The notes beneath the pieces were generated by a model. It did no database searches. It had not been told where the DNA came from and worked only from the letters and a program-made list of their open reading frames with translations. The position numbers were made by a program, and so were the translations under genes. A stretch of DNA of 64,000 bases from Leucoraja ocellata (taxonomy: Eukaryota): NCBI GenBank assembly GCA_036785375.1, contig JAWMAR010000007.1:10912001-10976000 (forward strand). Direction: 5' to 3'. Shown piece by piece: positions 26,266 to 38,939 of this stretch. Within the stretch, counting starts at the first letter, position 1; every line of letters starts with the position of its first letter.

Positions 26266-26477
26266 AGGGCCTGTCCCACTTGGGCGTAATTTGCGCGTCA
26301 CGACACACAACGCGTGCGTCGTGACGTGCACGTGATGTGTGCATTACACGTGCATGGTGTGTGGTGACATAAGCAGTGACGTGCGATCACGCGTGCTGCC
26401 CCAGGATTTTGGGATGTACAAAATCTTTGCGCGACATCTGCGTAACGCGCAAATGACGCCCAAGTGGGACAGGCCCT
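26266..26477. mobile_element. Harbinger/PIF MITE
   Basis: Perfect TIRs agggcctgtcccacttgggcg / cgcccaagtgggacaggccct and a 3-bp TSD TGA. Confidence 0.85.
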
Positions 26478-28729
26478 TGACTGCTCACATTCCTCACTGT
26501 GATGGAAGGCAAAATAAAGTTCAAGTCCTTCCCTTAGTTCTTCCTCGAATTTAATAGGAATCTGAGGGGTAACCTTTTCACACGAAGGGTGGTGGATGTA
26601 TGGAATGAGCTGCCAGAGGAGGTGGTTGAGGCTGAGTCTATTGCAATGTTTAAGAAACAGACAGGTACATGGATAGGACGGGTTTGGAGGGATATGGACC
26701 AAACTCAGGCAGGTGGGAATAGTGTAGCTGGGACATGTTGGCCGGTGTGGGCAAGTTGGCCGAAGGGCCTGTTTCTACACTGTATCACTCTATGACTCAA
26801 CAACGTTCAGAAAAAAATAAGCAGACGGTGACCACAGCAATTATGTTGCCGGAAGTTCAAATCTCCAGGTTACAATTAGTTGACCGAGGTGAACTAGACG
26901 TGGACTAAAAGCCCTAGCCCTGCTGCATCCTTCCTATCTTTATTCACAGAGCAAAGCACAAAATGCAGAAGGAACTCAGCGGGTCAGACAGCATCTGTGG
27001 AGGGATGGACAGACGATGTTTCGGGGCCGTAAAGACAAGGAACTGCAGATGCTGGTTTACAAAAAGAAGCCACAAAGTGCTGAAGTAATAATGCCGGTCA
27101 GGCAGCATCCCTGCGGTGCATGGATAGGTGGCATTTCGGGCCAGGACCCGTCATCAAACAGCCTATTCAGAAGTCCCAATCCCAAATGTCACGTATTCGC
27201 GTTATCCAGAGATGCTGCTTCCGCTGAATTACTCCAGCGCTTTGTGATGTTTGGCAGCAAAGATCTTACTACGGATCTTTGTTTGGCAGGGCGGGGATTG
27301 CACGCAGCTCAGCTTCCTGGAGCCCGCGGAGAACGGAATTCCCCTCTGGGGATTCGGCCAAAGTGCCCGAGTTACAGCACACGCGTCTGATTCTGCTTTC
27401 CAACGCCAAGCGATAATAGACGGGAATCTGCTGACCAAACTTAACACGTCCACGTCTCCTGATAACGCGGAATGCCATTATCCCCATTACCTTAATATTT
27501 TGCCCTGGGGGGGGGGGGGGGGGGGGGGACTGTGGGCGTCCATGTTATCTTTACCCCCTCATGATTTTATAAACCTCCATTAGGTCACCCCTCAGCCTCC
27601 CATGTAGAAAACCCCAGCCTATCTATCCAGTCTCCAATGACACAAAAATGCCCTTCCTCCAACATTCACTATCTTCCGAGGGATTCTCCCCACGACACCA
27701 AGTTCCACAGAACAAAGTGAACGAATATTACCGGGGATATGTTTCTCCATTCCTCTGCTAACGCTTGTTGGCCTCTCTCTAAACACTTTCTGTGTTTACG
27801 TGTCTTTGAAGAATATTATTCCCTGGGAGTTGCCGAGGGGACAGATGAAATAGGGATCACATTGACTCTCGGTCTGGCTAGATGACGAAACCATACGATA
27901 GAACTTTATTTATCCCATGAGGGAAATTGATCTGCCAACAGTCATTAAAACTCAAGATACACGAAACATGAAATTAAAGTGACGATTGGAAAGGCTTGGG
28001 GGATGTGCAAAGATTGGAGGGGGGGGGGGGGGAGTCAGTCTCAGTCTACCCCACGACAGAAGGGGGAGGAGATGTAAAGTTTGATAGCCACAGGGAAGAA
28101 GGATCTTCCACTCGGATTTACCACTCGTGGGAGATAGGGTATATTTCCCATCAGAAGGGGTAGATAGCTGAGGCGAGCTAGTCTGAAGAAGGGTTTCGAC
28201 ACAAAAACGTCACCCATTCTTTCTCTCCAGAGATGCTGCCTGACCCGCTCAGATACTCTGGCATTTTGTGTCTATAGACGGCCAGATTACCCCGTCGAGC
28301 CGAAAGAAGTATAAAATTATGAGAAGCATAAATAGAGTCTGAACTTTGTTTCCCCAGGCGGGTAATGTCAATTGGAAGCGGTGGGGGGGGGGGGGGGTAA
28401 ACAGATGTGCAGGGCGAGATTTTGTTTTGTTTTTGCAAAGAGAGTGGTGCGTGCGTTGAAGGGGTGGTGTTGAAGCCAAATATGACATTGACAATGAAGG
28501 GGCTTTTAGATGGCACATGAATATACAGGGAATGGTGTGATATAAATCACGTGCGGACAGAGGAGTTTCCGTTATCTTGGTATCTTGAATGGGACAGGTA
28601 TCAGAGGTTAAGGGGAGAAAGCAGGATAATGGGGTTAGGAGGGAGAGATAGATGGGCCGAATGGCCTAAGTACCCTTATTCCTCATGACTTTATGTATCA
28701 TTTTCAGAGCAGACATTGTGGGCCGAAGG

Positions 28730-30570
28730 ACGCTGTCCCCTCTGCCCTTCTGATGGATATCATTGCAATAGCCGGTCCCAGCATCCTCGCCATCATCAAC
28801 AGTTCTCTGGCCACTGGCACTGTTCCTACCTGCTTCAAGCACGCGGTGGTCCAGCCTCTCCTGAAAAAACCTAACCTAGACCCCACCTTGCCCAGCAACT
28901 ACAGACCTATTTCCAAACTGCATTTTTTTCAAAAAGGTCCTTGAAAAGACAATTTTGTCAACATGCCTTATCTTCACCAAAATACCATCCTTGAAACTTT
29001 CCAATCAGGTTTCAGGGCCCACCACAGCACAGAGTCTACCTTGTTGAAGGTACATAATGAACTACTTCCCACCATTGACTCCGGCTCCTTATCGACCTCA
29101 GCACAGCATTTGATAAAGTGGACCACACCATCCTAATTGGCCTTCTCCGGTACGGGATTGGTATTGATGGCATTGCCCCTGAGCTGGTTCGTCTCCTACC
29201 TCAAAGATAGGAGTTTCTGTACAAACATAGGCAACTCTTTCTCCTCCCTAGCTAGCCTTTGCTGTGGGGTTCCACAAGGCTCCATCCTAGGCCCCATTCT
29301 CTTCTCTCTGTATATGTTCCCCTTCGGCCAAGTCATTCAAAGGCACAGCATTTCTTTCCACTGCTATGCAGACGATACCCAACTCTATCTCCCCTGAAGC
29401 CCAACAACCGTTCTAATCTACTCAGCCTTATCCACTGCCTCGAGGATATAAAGTGTTGATGGTCCAGAACTTCCTCAACTAAACGGAGAGTAAGTCTGAG
29501 GTCATCCTACTCGGCCCCTCTGACTCAATCAAAACGATAGCAGGCAGCCTTGGAAGCCTTACCCCATTACTCAAACCTCACGTCGAAAACCTTGGCGTGG
29601 TATTTGACTCCGTGATGAAATTTGACAAACAAGTCAATGCTGTGGTAAAAGCTAGCTTCTTTCAGCCTTCGACGATAGCTAAAATAAAACAATTTCTCCA
29701 ATTTGACGACCTCAAAAAGATCATGGAATCTCTGGAATTCTCTGCCACAGAAGGTAGTTGCAGCCAGTTCATTGGCTATATTTAAGAGGGAGTTAGATGT
29801 GGCCCTTGTGGCTAAATGGATCAGGGGGTATGGAGAGAAAGCAGGTACAGGATACTGAGTTGGATGATCAGCCATGATCATATTGAATGGTGGTGCAGGC
29901 TCGAAGGGCCGAATGGCCTACTCCTGCACCTATTTTCTATGTTTCTATGTTTGTATCATCCTCACATTTATCTCCTCCCGCCTTGATTACTGCAACTCCC
30001 TTTACACTGGCATCAGCCAATCTTCCCTGCAATGGTCCAAAACGCCGCAGCAAGACTCCTGACGGGCACCCGAAAAAGGGACCACATCACCCCGATTCTG
30101 GCCTCTCTCCACTGGCTCCCTGTGCGGTTCCGAATCAATGTCAAGCTCCTTCTATGTATACAAAGCCCTTAACGGGCTTGCCCCCACCTACATGAAAAAT
30201 CTGCTAACCCACCACACCACCTCCAGGTCCCTCAGATCGGCCGACTTGGGGTTACTGTCCATCCCAGGTCCATGCATAAGCTCAGGGGCGACCGCGCTTT
30301 TGCGGTTGCAGCTCCTAAATTACGGAACAGCATCCCTCTTCCCATCAGAACTGCCCCCTCCATCGACTCTTTTAAGTCTAGACTTAAAACTTATTTCTAC
30401 TCTCAAGCCTTTCTTGAGGTCCTCTTAGGGAGCGGTGTATGTATGTATCTGTGTATGTATTGTTGATCCATGTACCGCTGTTTGTAGCACGTTAGTGTCT
30501 GCACCAATGTAAAGCACTTTGGTCAACGAGAGTTGTTTTAAACGTGCTATGGAAATAAAATTGACTTGAC
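28730..30570 (+). mobile_element. L2-clade LINE (frameshifted RT), interrupted by a CR1 3' fragment at ~29722-29950
   Basis: FKHAVVQPLLKKPNLDP...NYRPISKL, GVPQGSILGPILFSLYM, HCYADDTQLY, RGDRAFAVAAPKL; aataaaattgacttgac tail. Confidence 0.9.
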
Positions 30571-30769
30571 AGCTTGACCCGTTCTAGTGCTGTGCTGTTA
30601 TTTGCTGAACACAACGTGCTGGAGTAACTCAGCGGGCCAGGCAGCATCTCTGGGCGACATGGATAAGGTGACGTTTCGGGTCGGGACCCTTCCTCAGTCA
30701 GTACTGTTCTGTGTCCAATGAAAGTGACTGCACACCAGCCCCTGGGTATTATAATATAACTACAACAAG

Positions 30770-31097
30770 CCGCGGACCGGGAAGAGGCGCCGATCCTCCG
30801 CCAGTGGCGAATGTGGAGGGAGATTGTATCTAGGCGACCTCTGAGGAGAGGGCTCGGCACTCACCTCCCTCCCTCCACCCTCGGCCCTCACCTCCAGCTC
30901 CCCCCCCCCCCCCCCCCCCCCGGAACCAGTGCGGGGCGGAGAAACGCCGTCACTCAAATGCCTTCTATGGTTCCCCGAGATTTGGTACTGCTGGCGCGGG
31001 AAAGTACACCAGTCTCACTTTCGCTTCTGCGACTAAGGAGGAAGCGATGCGTTTTTCTGCTCGATCCGGCCTTCGAGGCAGCGTGCCCGGCGTGAGG
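30770..31097 (+). promoter_or_regulatory. CpG-rich promoter/5'UTR of Siglec-15-like gene A
   Basis: CpG-dense, GC box ggggcggag at ~30933, ETS-like ggaa cores, ISRE/IRF-E-like tcactttcgcttct at ~31015-31028, directly upstream of the leader ATG. Confidence 0.6.
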
Positions 31098-31155
31098 ATG
31101 GTGTCCCGCTCCCTCTTGGTCTTCTTGTTGCTGTTATCGGCGGTCGCTGTCTCCG
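31098..31155 (+). CDS. Signal-peptide exon of Siglec-15-like gene A
   Basis: aggATGG context, MVSRSLLVFLLLLSAVAVS + G, phase-1 donor GTATGT at 31156, in phase with the exon at 35177. Confidence 0.88.
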
Positions 31156-32898
31156 GTATGTCCCGTTCCCTTCTCTCCATCGCAGGCTAACGGCTGGGCT
31201 CGGTCCGGGTTAGGTCAACCGACCCACAAGACTAGGGGACCCTTGGCTAGCTACCTCTCTCTCTCTCTCTCTCTCTCTCTCAGACGCTCAACCATTTTAC
31301 AATCCTGTCATAGCGTTTTTCATTTAGAGGACTGTACCGAGTTCAATGTATTAGTAAACGCTGCAAACTTTCGGCGGCTTAAAAAGTGTGCCATGGGTCT
31401 GAAGAAGGGTCTCTACCCGAAACCTCACCTATTCATGTTCTCCAGAGATGCTGTCTGGCCTGCTGAGTTATTCCAGCACTTGGTGGCTTTTTTAAGAATT
31501 GTTATTGTTCAAGTGTCAGTCCCGTGGCAATTAAACACTGCATCACTGACCTCTCTTCGAGCCCCCCCCCCACCCCATCCCTTACTACCATCAGTGTGAA
31601 CAAGGGCCCTGACCCGAAATGTCACCTATCCACGTCTGCCAGCGATGCTGCCTGAGCCGCTGAGTTATACTACTTTAAACTCCTTTCAGATCTCACCTCA
31701 CCGCGTTTCCTATTCCTTCTGAGACAGGAAGGTAGACAGCGAAAATTATGTATCCTCTGGCTTTGGAGAGGTGAAAAACTAAGTTCAGTTGAGAAACAAG
31801 AATTCCAAAATTATGCATTGAAGGGATCAGACAGTCAGAACGTGTTTTTTTCCCCCAGGGTGGAAATATCAAATACTAGAGGTGAGAGGAACAAAGTTTA
31901 AAGGAGATGTGTGGGGCAAGTTTGTTTTACACTGAGGGTGATGAGTGCCTGGATCACACTGCTGGAGGTGGTGGTGGAGGTAGATGCGGTAGTGGTGGTT
32001 AAGATACTTTTTTTTTGACAGGATAGACACATGGATAGGCAGGGAGTGGAGGGATATGAATGATGTGCAGACAGATTAATTTAACACCAACATGTTCACC
32101 ACAGACATTGTTAGTATAAGGGCACGTTCCTGTGCTCTTCTGTTCTCTGTTAAAAGTGTTGTAGAATTCGAAGTCTCTCCCCTCTGTCATCTCCCTCTGT
32201 ATCTCTCTCTGCTTTTTGCTCATTATTGTCTTCCCTTTATGTCTCTCTTTTCTTTCTCTCTCCCGCTGTCTCCCCTTCATTCTCTCGTTTTTTCTCTGTC
32301 TCTGTTTATCCCCCTGTTTCTGTTTTTTTGTTTCTTTCTCTCTCTCTCTCTGTTTCTTTCCCCCGCTGTGCTGAAAGGGGGCTCAGCGGTGCTGTGCTTT
32401 TCTAGTGTTATGTGTTGTGTGTTCTAAGATCTAAATGGTTTGTGAGGGGAATTATGGTGAGAGCCGGAGGGAAAATCCTTTCCTCAAGAGAGTCGCTGGC
32501 CGAATGATTTCAGTCCCCCCGGGTGGGTGGTGATGATGTGGGTTGGAATTTGTGGGGGTTCCCGCCTGTACATACCTTGTGATAACTGACTCCCATTCAT
32601 TCACCGGGGCTGGCTGATGAGTAAAGTGCACTACATGTGGCGTCAGCTGTCCATCATGAGATCATCACAACTTCCCTTTGATTCATTCTTTCACTGTGTC
32701 GTTTATGACTCTTGTACAATGCGACAGCCCAGAAACAGACCCATTGACCTACCGAGTCCATGTTGTCCACATTGCCTATCTACAGTCAATCCTTTGCCGC
32801 CGAGAACAAACAGGGTCCACCGGGACTCTAATTAGTACTTTGTAACCTTGTTGGCACTGGATACGTGGTGACTATTTGCGCGCTATGTGTATTGTAGC

Positions 32899-33450
32899 AA
32901 TGTTACAACATTTTGAGATTAAAAAAATCAAGTCTTTAAGTTATCCCATCAGATAAAGCATAAAAAGAAGTTTAATTTGACACCTAATTCACTTTCATAT
33001 GGAGAGTCATGGAGTGATACAGTGTGGAAACGGCCCCTTCGGCCCAACTCGCCCACACCGGCCAACAATGTCCCAGCTACACTAGTCTCACTTCCCTGCG
33101 CTTAGTCCATAACCCCCAAAACTGTCCTATCCATGTAATTGTGTAACTGTTTCTTAAATGATGGGATAGTCCCAGCCTCAACTACCTCATCTGGCAGCTT
33201 GTTCCATTCACCCACTACTTTTGTGCAAAAAGGTTACCCCTCAGGTTCCTATTAAATCTTTTCCCCTTCACCTTGAACCTTGGTGCTCTGGTCTTCGATT
33301 CTCATACTCTGGGCAAAAGACTCTGTGCATCTATCCGATCTCTTCCTCTCACGATTTTGTATGTCTCTATAAGATCTCCCCTCATCCCCCTGCACTCCAT
33401 GGAATAGAGACCCAGCCTCCTCAACCTCTCCCTATAGATCACACCCTCTA

Positions 33451-33485
<35 letters not shown>

Positions 33486-34430
33486 CTGTATTAAAAAGGT
33501 TATGGCCATTTTCATACTCGGAAATAAGCATCTTGTTCCCTATTGATTTTTAATTGGCTTAACACAAAAGCTGTGATCGAGAACATTTAAAAGCCGATAA
33601 CTGTCTTAAAATTTAAGAGAACTGAAATAAATTTTCAGTTATTGTAGATTGATGCATTCTGAAACAAATATGAAACAATCATACTTAGATGAAATTAAAG
33701 CATATAATTAGTTAGTTGCCTAATTGTAGCTAATTACAAAATTCAATTACTAGATCTAAACATCTATCCATTTCTTAAGAATAGATTAACATTTTTAAAT
33801 AGCCTAAGTGTCCAAATAACATTCACACAAGAATTCAGAATATAACATAATTTTTAAATCTCATTGTCATGGGTTTATAGGCCAAATGGAAGGAATTTAA
33901 TGTTTAATACCTGTAAATTAATGGCCATTTAAATCAGCTTGCGAGTGGGGATTTTCTGGAACGGGACCATTTGGAACATTCAGGATGCGGTGAATTTAGT
34001 CCCCCATATCGGCAGCAAATACACTGCCAGTTCTTCGGGGAGAAAAATACCGTTTTGCAACATAAAATGTGAATTAAATACATCTTAAGAAACACTTTTA
34101 TACATTAAAAAAAACTACTTTCTTTTACCTGGTCCTCCATAAAATCCGTCCCAGTTGTCGGCATTGACGGCTTCAGAAGCTGATTTTAAAATCATTCCAG
34201 CGATTAACTTGTCGGGTGAATTTGTTTTTAAAACACACAGAATGGCTGTAGGAACAATTCTTTAGCACCATCTTGCACTCCAACAAAATGTAATTCAGGA
34301 AGGACCAGGTCGGAAAAAACCCCGTTTTAACCCCGCCCGTCCTCCCCCCCCCCCCCCTTAAACGCGCCCAAATCGCACACACGGCCAGTGGCAGAATTGC
34401 AGCGCCGCTGAAGGTAAGTTTTGTAACATA
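32899..34430. mobile_element. Non-autonomous DNA transposon of unassigned family, with a CR1 3' fragment inserted at ~33000-33452
   Basis: Short inverted ends atgttacaa ... ttgtaacat around an AT-rich non-coding interior. Confidence 0.4.
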
Positions 34431-35176
34431 CATATGTATTGTATGCACAAACAAAGAATTTCACTGTACCTTGGTACATGTGACAATAATGCATCATTGA
34501 TCTTGGTGCATTGGGCTCATACCGTTAAGATAAAGGGTGATTGTTTAGTTTAGTTTAGTGATACAGTGTGGAAACAGGCCCATTGGTCCACCAAGTCCAA
34601 CTCCAACGAGCTATCAAAGGTACGCTAGTTTTATCCCACATACTAGGGACAATTTACAGAAGGCAATTAACCTACAAGTCTTTTGAATATGCGAGAAACC
34701 TGGAGCACCCGGGAAAAACCCACGGGGTCACAGGTAGAATGTAAAAACTCCACACTGACAGCGTCCATAGTCAGGATCAAACTTGCGCTGTAAGGCAGAT
34801 CCTTCTTCAGACTTTGGCCCGCCAAGTCTGCGTCAACCAGCGATCACCCCGTACACTAGCACTATCCTACACAGCAGGGGCAATTTACAATTTCACCAAA
34901 GTGGTACGTCTTTGGAGTGTGGGAGGAAACCGGAGCACATGGAGAGTACCCACGCAGGTCACGGGTAAAACGTACAAACTTCATACAGACAGCACCCGTA
35001 GTCAGGATTGAACCCGGGTCTCTGGCACTGCCATGCAGCAAATCTACCACCGACCCCTATGTCGCCACTGGCATTGTATTCTCTTTTGCGTTGGAGGCTT
35101 TTGATTTCCAGACGGATTTGATACAGTGATGTAGATTGTCGGATAGACCATTCTTTGACTCTCTCTCTTCCCGCAG

Positions 35177-35584
35177 GAGGCGTGGGGGAGCCGGTGGCCG
35201 TGTTAGTGCATGTCCGGGACAGGGTGACCAGTACTGTCGGAAGCTCCGTGGTATTGCCCTGCAATTTCAAATCCGACTACTCCGACTACACGACCATGGA
35301 CATTACTGTCATCTGGAAGGTGAAGGTGTTTTACACCGGCTCGGTGTTGTTCAACGTGACCAACAGGAGCAATGGCGGCAAGGACTTCGTGGACGAAGTT
35401 CACACAAATGTCAATGGCCGCTACAAACTGGCCGGGGACCCGAGGCAGAAGGTCGCCTCGCTGGAGGTGGAGAATGTTACACTGGGTGACAGCGATCAAT
35501 ACTTCTGCCGCGTCGAAATCAAACGCCAGGGATTACGCGCGTTCATGCACGAGTCCAACCCTGGAGTCACCCTGGAAATTATAG
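35177..35584 (+). CDS. Ig V-set exon, Siglec-15-like gene A
   Basis: ctcttcccgcAG acceptor, 408 nt, phase 1-1, GTAAAA donor. VVLPCNF...VIW...GRYKLAGDPRQKVASLEVENVTLGDSDQYFCRVE...HESNPGVTLEI parallels recalled Siglec-15 VLPCTF...AIW...GRFRLLGNPRRNDLSL...YFCRVE...YESRHGVRL. Confidence 0.9.
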
Positions 35585-37771
35585 GTAAAAACCACAAGCA
35601 CCGCTCAGTTTACCACTGTCTCTGTCAGTTGATCTCTCCCCTCTATTTATTGCTTTTGTCTCTCCTCTTGTCAGTCTCTCTGTTGGTCCCTCTCTCTATT
35701 TCTGTTGTATTGTCCCCATCCTCTTTTCGCTCTCTCTTACCCTTTCTTATACTGCTCCTATAAGTCTCTCCTGCTTTCAGACTCGCTTTCCTATCTGTGT
35801 AAGAAGGAATTGCATAAGACATACGATTAGAAGTAGGCCATTCGGCCCATCCGGTCTACTGCGCCATTCAATCATAACATTGACCATGTGGGTTTTCTCC
35901 GGATGCTCCTACCACACTCCAAAGATGTGCCACTTTGGTTAAATTGTAAATTGTCCATGGTATGTTTTTCCCTCTCAACCTCATTCTCCTGCCTTCGCCA
36001 TAAAACCTCTGATGCCCTTCCTAATCAAGAAGCTATCAATCAGCTACCCAATGACTTGGCCTCCACAAGCAATGAATTCCACAGATTCACCACCGTCTGG
36101 CTAAAGACAGTGGTGCATGTGACAATAAATGTGAATTTGAACTTGAACTTCAACTTGAAGAAGTTCCACCTCACCTCCATCCTAAAGGTACCACTTTTTA
36201 TTCTGAGGCTGTGTCCTCTGGTTCTGGCCTCTCCCCTTATTGGAAACATCCATTCCATGTCCACTCTATCTAGGAATTTCATTATATGTTAGATATCAAT
36301 GAGGCACCACCTCACCCTTCTAAAAATCCAGCAAGTACAGGCCCAAAGTCTTTAAAGGCTCCACATGAGCTCCTCAAAGCTGAGAATGGAAAGAACGCTT
36401 CCTCCACCATCAGACATTAGTGATCTAGACTGAGTTCATCAACAATCCATTTGTTTCATGGTCATAAATGGCTTTTTAGTCCAGATTTAATTAATTAACA
36501 ATTTCAATTTCTCAGCAGCCAGGGTGATGTTGAACTAATGTCAATAGAGCCAGTGAAGACAGGGGGCTGGAGTAGCTCAGCGGGTCAGGCAGCATCTGTG
36601 GAGAACATCACAGGAGGGAGCCGTGAGAGAAGGAATCACAGAACTGTTGGATAGAGGAGGAGAATGTCTTCAAAGTAGGCATACCCCGAGGAGATTTCAC
36701 AGTGGAGCAGTGAAGTATAGAAATAAGGAGTTGCAGATGCTGGTTTACAAAAGAAGACACAGATCACTGGAGTAAATCCCTAAGTCAGACGGTCTGACCC
36801 GCTGAGCCATTGCAACACTGTCTCTCAGTAGAGCAAGTCTCTGATCCTTTGCTTCTGCATCAGTGATGTCCACCTCAGTGATTTCCCCCGTCTTGTATCT
36901 GGTCACTCACACAGGAATGCTTGTGGTTCCATAACCTTATCAATATATGGAATAGGAATACTTTATTGTTACATGTGACCAGGCACAGTGAGAATCTTTG
37001 CTGCATAACCAATGAATGTAAATACACTGACAAAGTTACAAAGCATGCCGGCTCCTCCAAAAGGATGGGGTGAAAGGTGAGGACTAGGGGGACACTGTCC
37101 CTGTTGCGAATGGGGGGGGAGGGGGAGCAAGAGTGGAGCTGCGGGATAACGAAGAGACACATGTGATGGCCTCGTCTATGATGGAAGAGGAGAATCCCTG
37201 TTCCCTGAAGAATGAGGACCTCGGATGTCCTGGTATGGAACACCTCATCTTGGGCACAGATGCGACATAGACAGAGGAATTGGATAGAGTCTTTGGAGGA
37301 GGCAGGGTGGGAAGAAGTGTAGTTCAGATCGTTGTGGGAGATGGTGGGTTTATAATAGATGTCAGTCGACTGTCTGGCTCCAGTAATGGAGACGGTGAGA
37401 TCGAGAAAGGGGAGGGAGGTCAGAGATAACTACCAGCACGTTCCATACACCCACCTCCCTCTGTGTACATAAGTTGCCCCTCAGGTTCCTATTAAATCAT
37501 TCCCCTCTAACCTTAAACTGATGGTGGATGAGGCATCAGTTGTATGCTGCATCTGCCACACTTCTATGCTGAAGTGTCAGCCTCAATAATGAGCTTAATT
37601 CTCTTGTGTTCTGTAACTTCCCTTTCTTTGAGCTCTAGTTTTGGTCACTTGCTTGTTCCCACATCCACGGGTTCCTGTTTAATATACCAACCCCATCACA
37701 GAACATTGCAATTTGTTTATGCAATTTGCTGGCAACTTCCTTTAACCTTTGCTTTGTTTCTATGTTCCCAG

Positions 37772-37785
37772 GCTCACCCATCATC
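37772..37785 (+). CDS. Probable start of the next (C2-set) exon of gene A, cut off by the assembly gap
   Basis: Strong pyrimidine tract ctttgctttgtttctatgttcccAG. Phase-1 join gives ...LEIIG-SPII, comparable to Siglec-15 ...LHVT-AAPRI. Only 14 nt visible. Confidence 0.55.
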
Positions 37786-37985
37786 NNNNNNNNNNNNNNN
37801 NNNNNNNNNNNNNNNNNNNNNNNNNNNNNNNNNNNNNNNNNNNNNNNNNNNNNNNNNNNNNNNNNNNNNNNNNNNNNNNNNNNNNNNNNNNNNNNNNNNN
37901 NNNNNNNNNNNNNNNNNNNNNNNNNNNNNNNNNNNNNNNNNNNNNNNNNNNNNNNNNNNNNNNNNNNNNNNNNNNNNNNNNNNNN
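37786..37985. other. Assembly gap (200 N)
   Basis: Run of N; the round size suggests a placeholder of unknown true length. Confidence 0.99.
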
Positions 37986-38184
37986 TGGCGTGATCCTTGA
38001 TGGCTCTTTGGGAATGGTGCGATTGTAATGTATAGTCTTTCCACTGACTGGTCAGCACGCAACAAAAGCTTTGCACTGTACATCGGTACACCTGCCAATA
38101 AATTGAAACTGGTGGTCGGCAAGGATAAGGTGGGCCAAAGGGCTTGTTTCCGTGCTGTATAGCGCTATGATCCTTCTTATTTAG

Positions 38185-38212
38185 ATGGTTATGTGTCCTC
38201 ACCACTGACGGG
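38185..38212 (+). CDS. Candidate 28-nt cytoplasmic-tail micro-exon
   Basis: ccttcttatttAG acceptor, (x)GYVSSPLT(G), phase 1 to 2, weaker donor GTGGGA; phase fits the exon at 38341. Confidence 0.35.
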
Positions 38213-38340
38213 GTGGGAGTTGACCAACTGTGGGTTATATGAGCCCAAAATAGCACTGGGTTCGGGGTGATGGGGGATGAGTGAGCTGCAGTGTTAGTTA
38301 TCACAGTTGTCTAACTCAATCTCTTGCTATCCTCCCACAG

Positions 38341-38405
38341 GGCCCAGCGCAGTTCGCAGCAGTATTCAACAGTTAGCTTGTGCCAGCAGCAGCAAATACC
38401 ATTAG
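38341..38405 (+). CDS. Candidate cytoplasmic-tail exon
   Basis: Branch point CTAAC (38311) plus ctatcctcccacAG acceptor; AQRSSQQYSTVSLCQQQQIPL, phase 2 to 1; donor AG|GTAACT. Confidence 0.55.
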
Positions 38406-38798
38406 GTAACTGGGCCATCAATGGAACCACCGGAACTGGGGCAGAAACTACAGGGGCGGAAACTACAGGGACAATATTTGGCTGGGATGCGTGCGGGCAA
38501 TTGCGAGGCGAGGGTAGTGCACTCGAGAGATTTCCAAAGAAGGGGCGGATTGCGGACGGGAGTTCCCGGGTGGGGGGCACAATAAGTCCGTGAGATTTAG
38601 GGTGGACTGACCAGGGCTCTTGTTGGTTTTGTGTGTTCCAGTGGGAGTAGGTTGGTTGGGACTTTGGGACTCGGTGGCAGAGGTGGGACCGGAGCTGAAG
38701 TTCAGGGGTGTCGGGGGCAAGGGGGAGGTGGGTGGGTGGGGTGTGGTGATCGCTGCTGGGCTCAAGATGTTGATCTGAAATGAACGCCTCTCTTTCAG

Positions 38799-38860
38799 TG
38801 GTGCCCTGCGCGTCAGTGCAGGATACTGAGGGCAGCGATAAAGTACCAGAGGCTGGCACC
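38799..38860 (+). CDS. Candidate cytoplasmic-tail exon
   Basis: cctctctttcAG acceptor, (V)VPCASVQDTEGSDKVPEAGT, phase 1 to 0, donor GTGAGT; frame-compatible with 38341-38405. Confidence 0.55.
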
Positions 38861-38939
38861 GTGAGTTAACACAGCAGCAGAGAAACACAGCTCGGAACCC
38901 ACTTCATCGGACAGACTCACTTTCAGAACAAACGGTCTT

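Noticed and set aside
37544-38304. ORFs spanning the N run
   Set aside because: Artefacts of translating the gap.
38311-38888. Minus-strand 182-aa and 141-aa Pro/Thr-rich ORFs
   Set aside because: No ATG-led recognisable protein; the splice signals here are stronger and phase-consistent on the plus strand.
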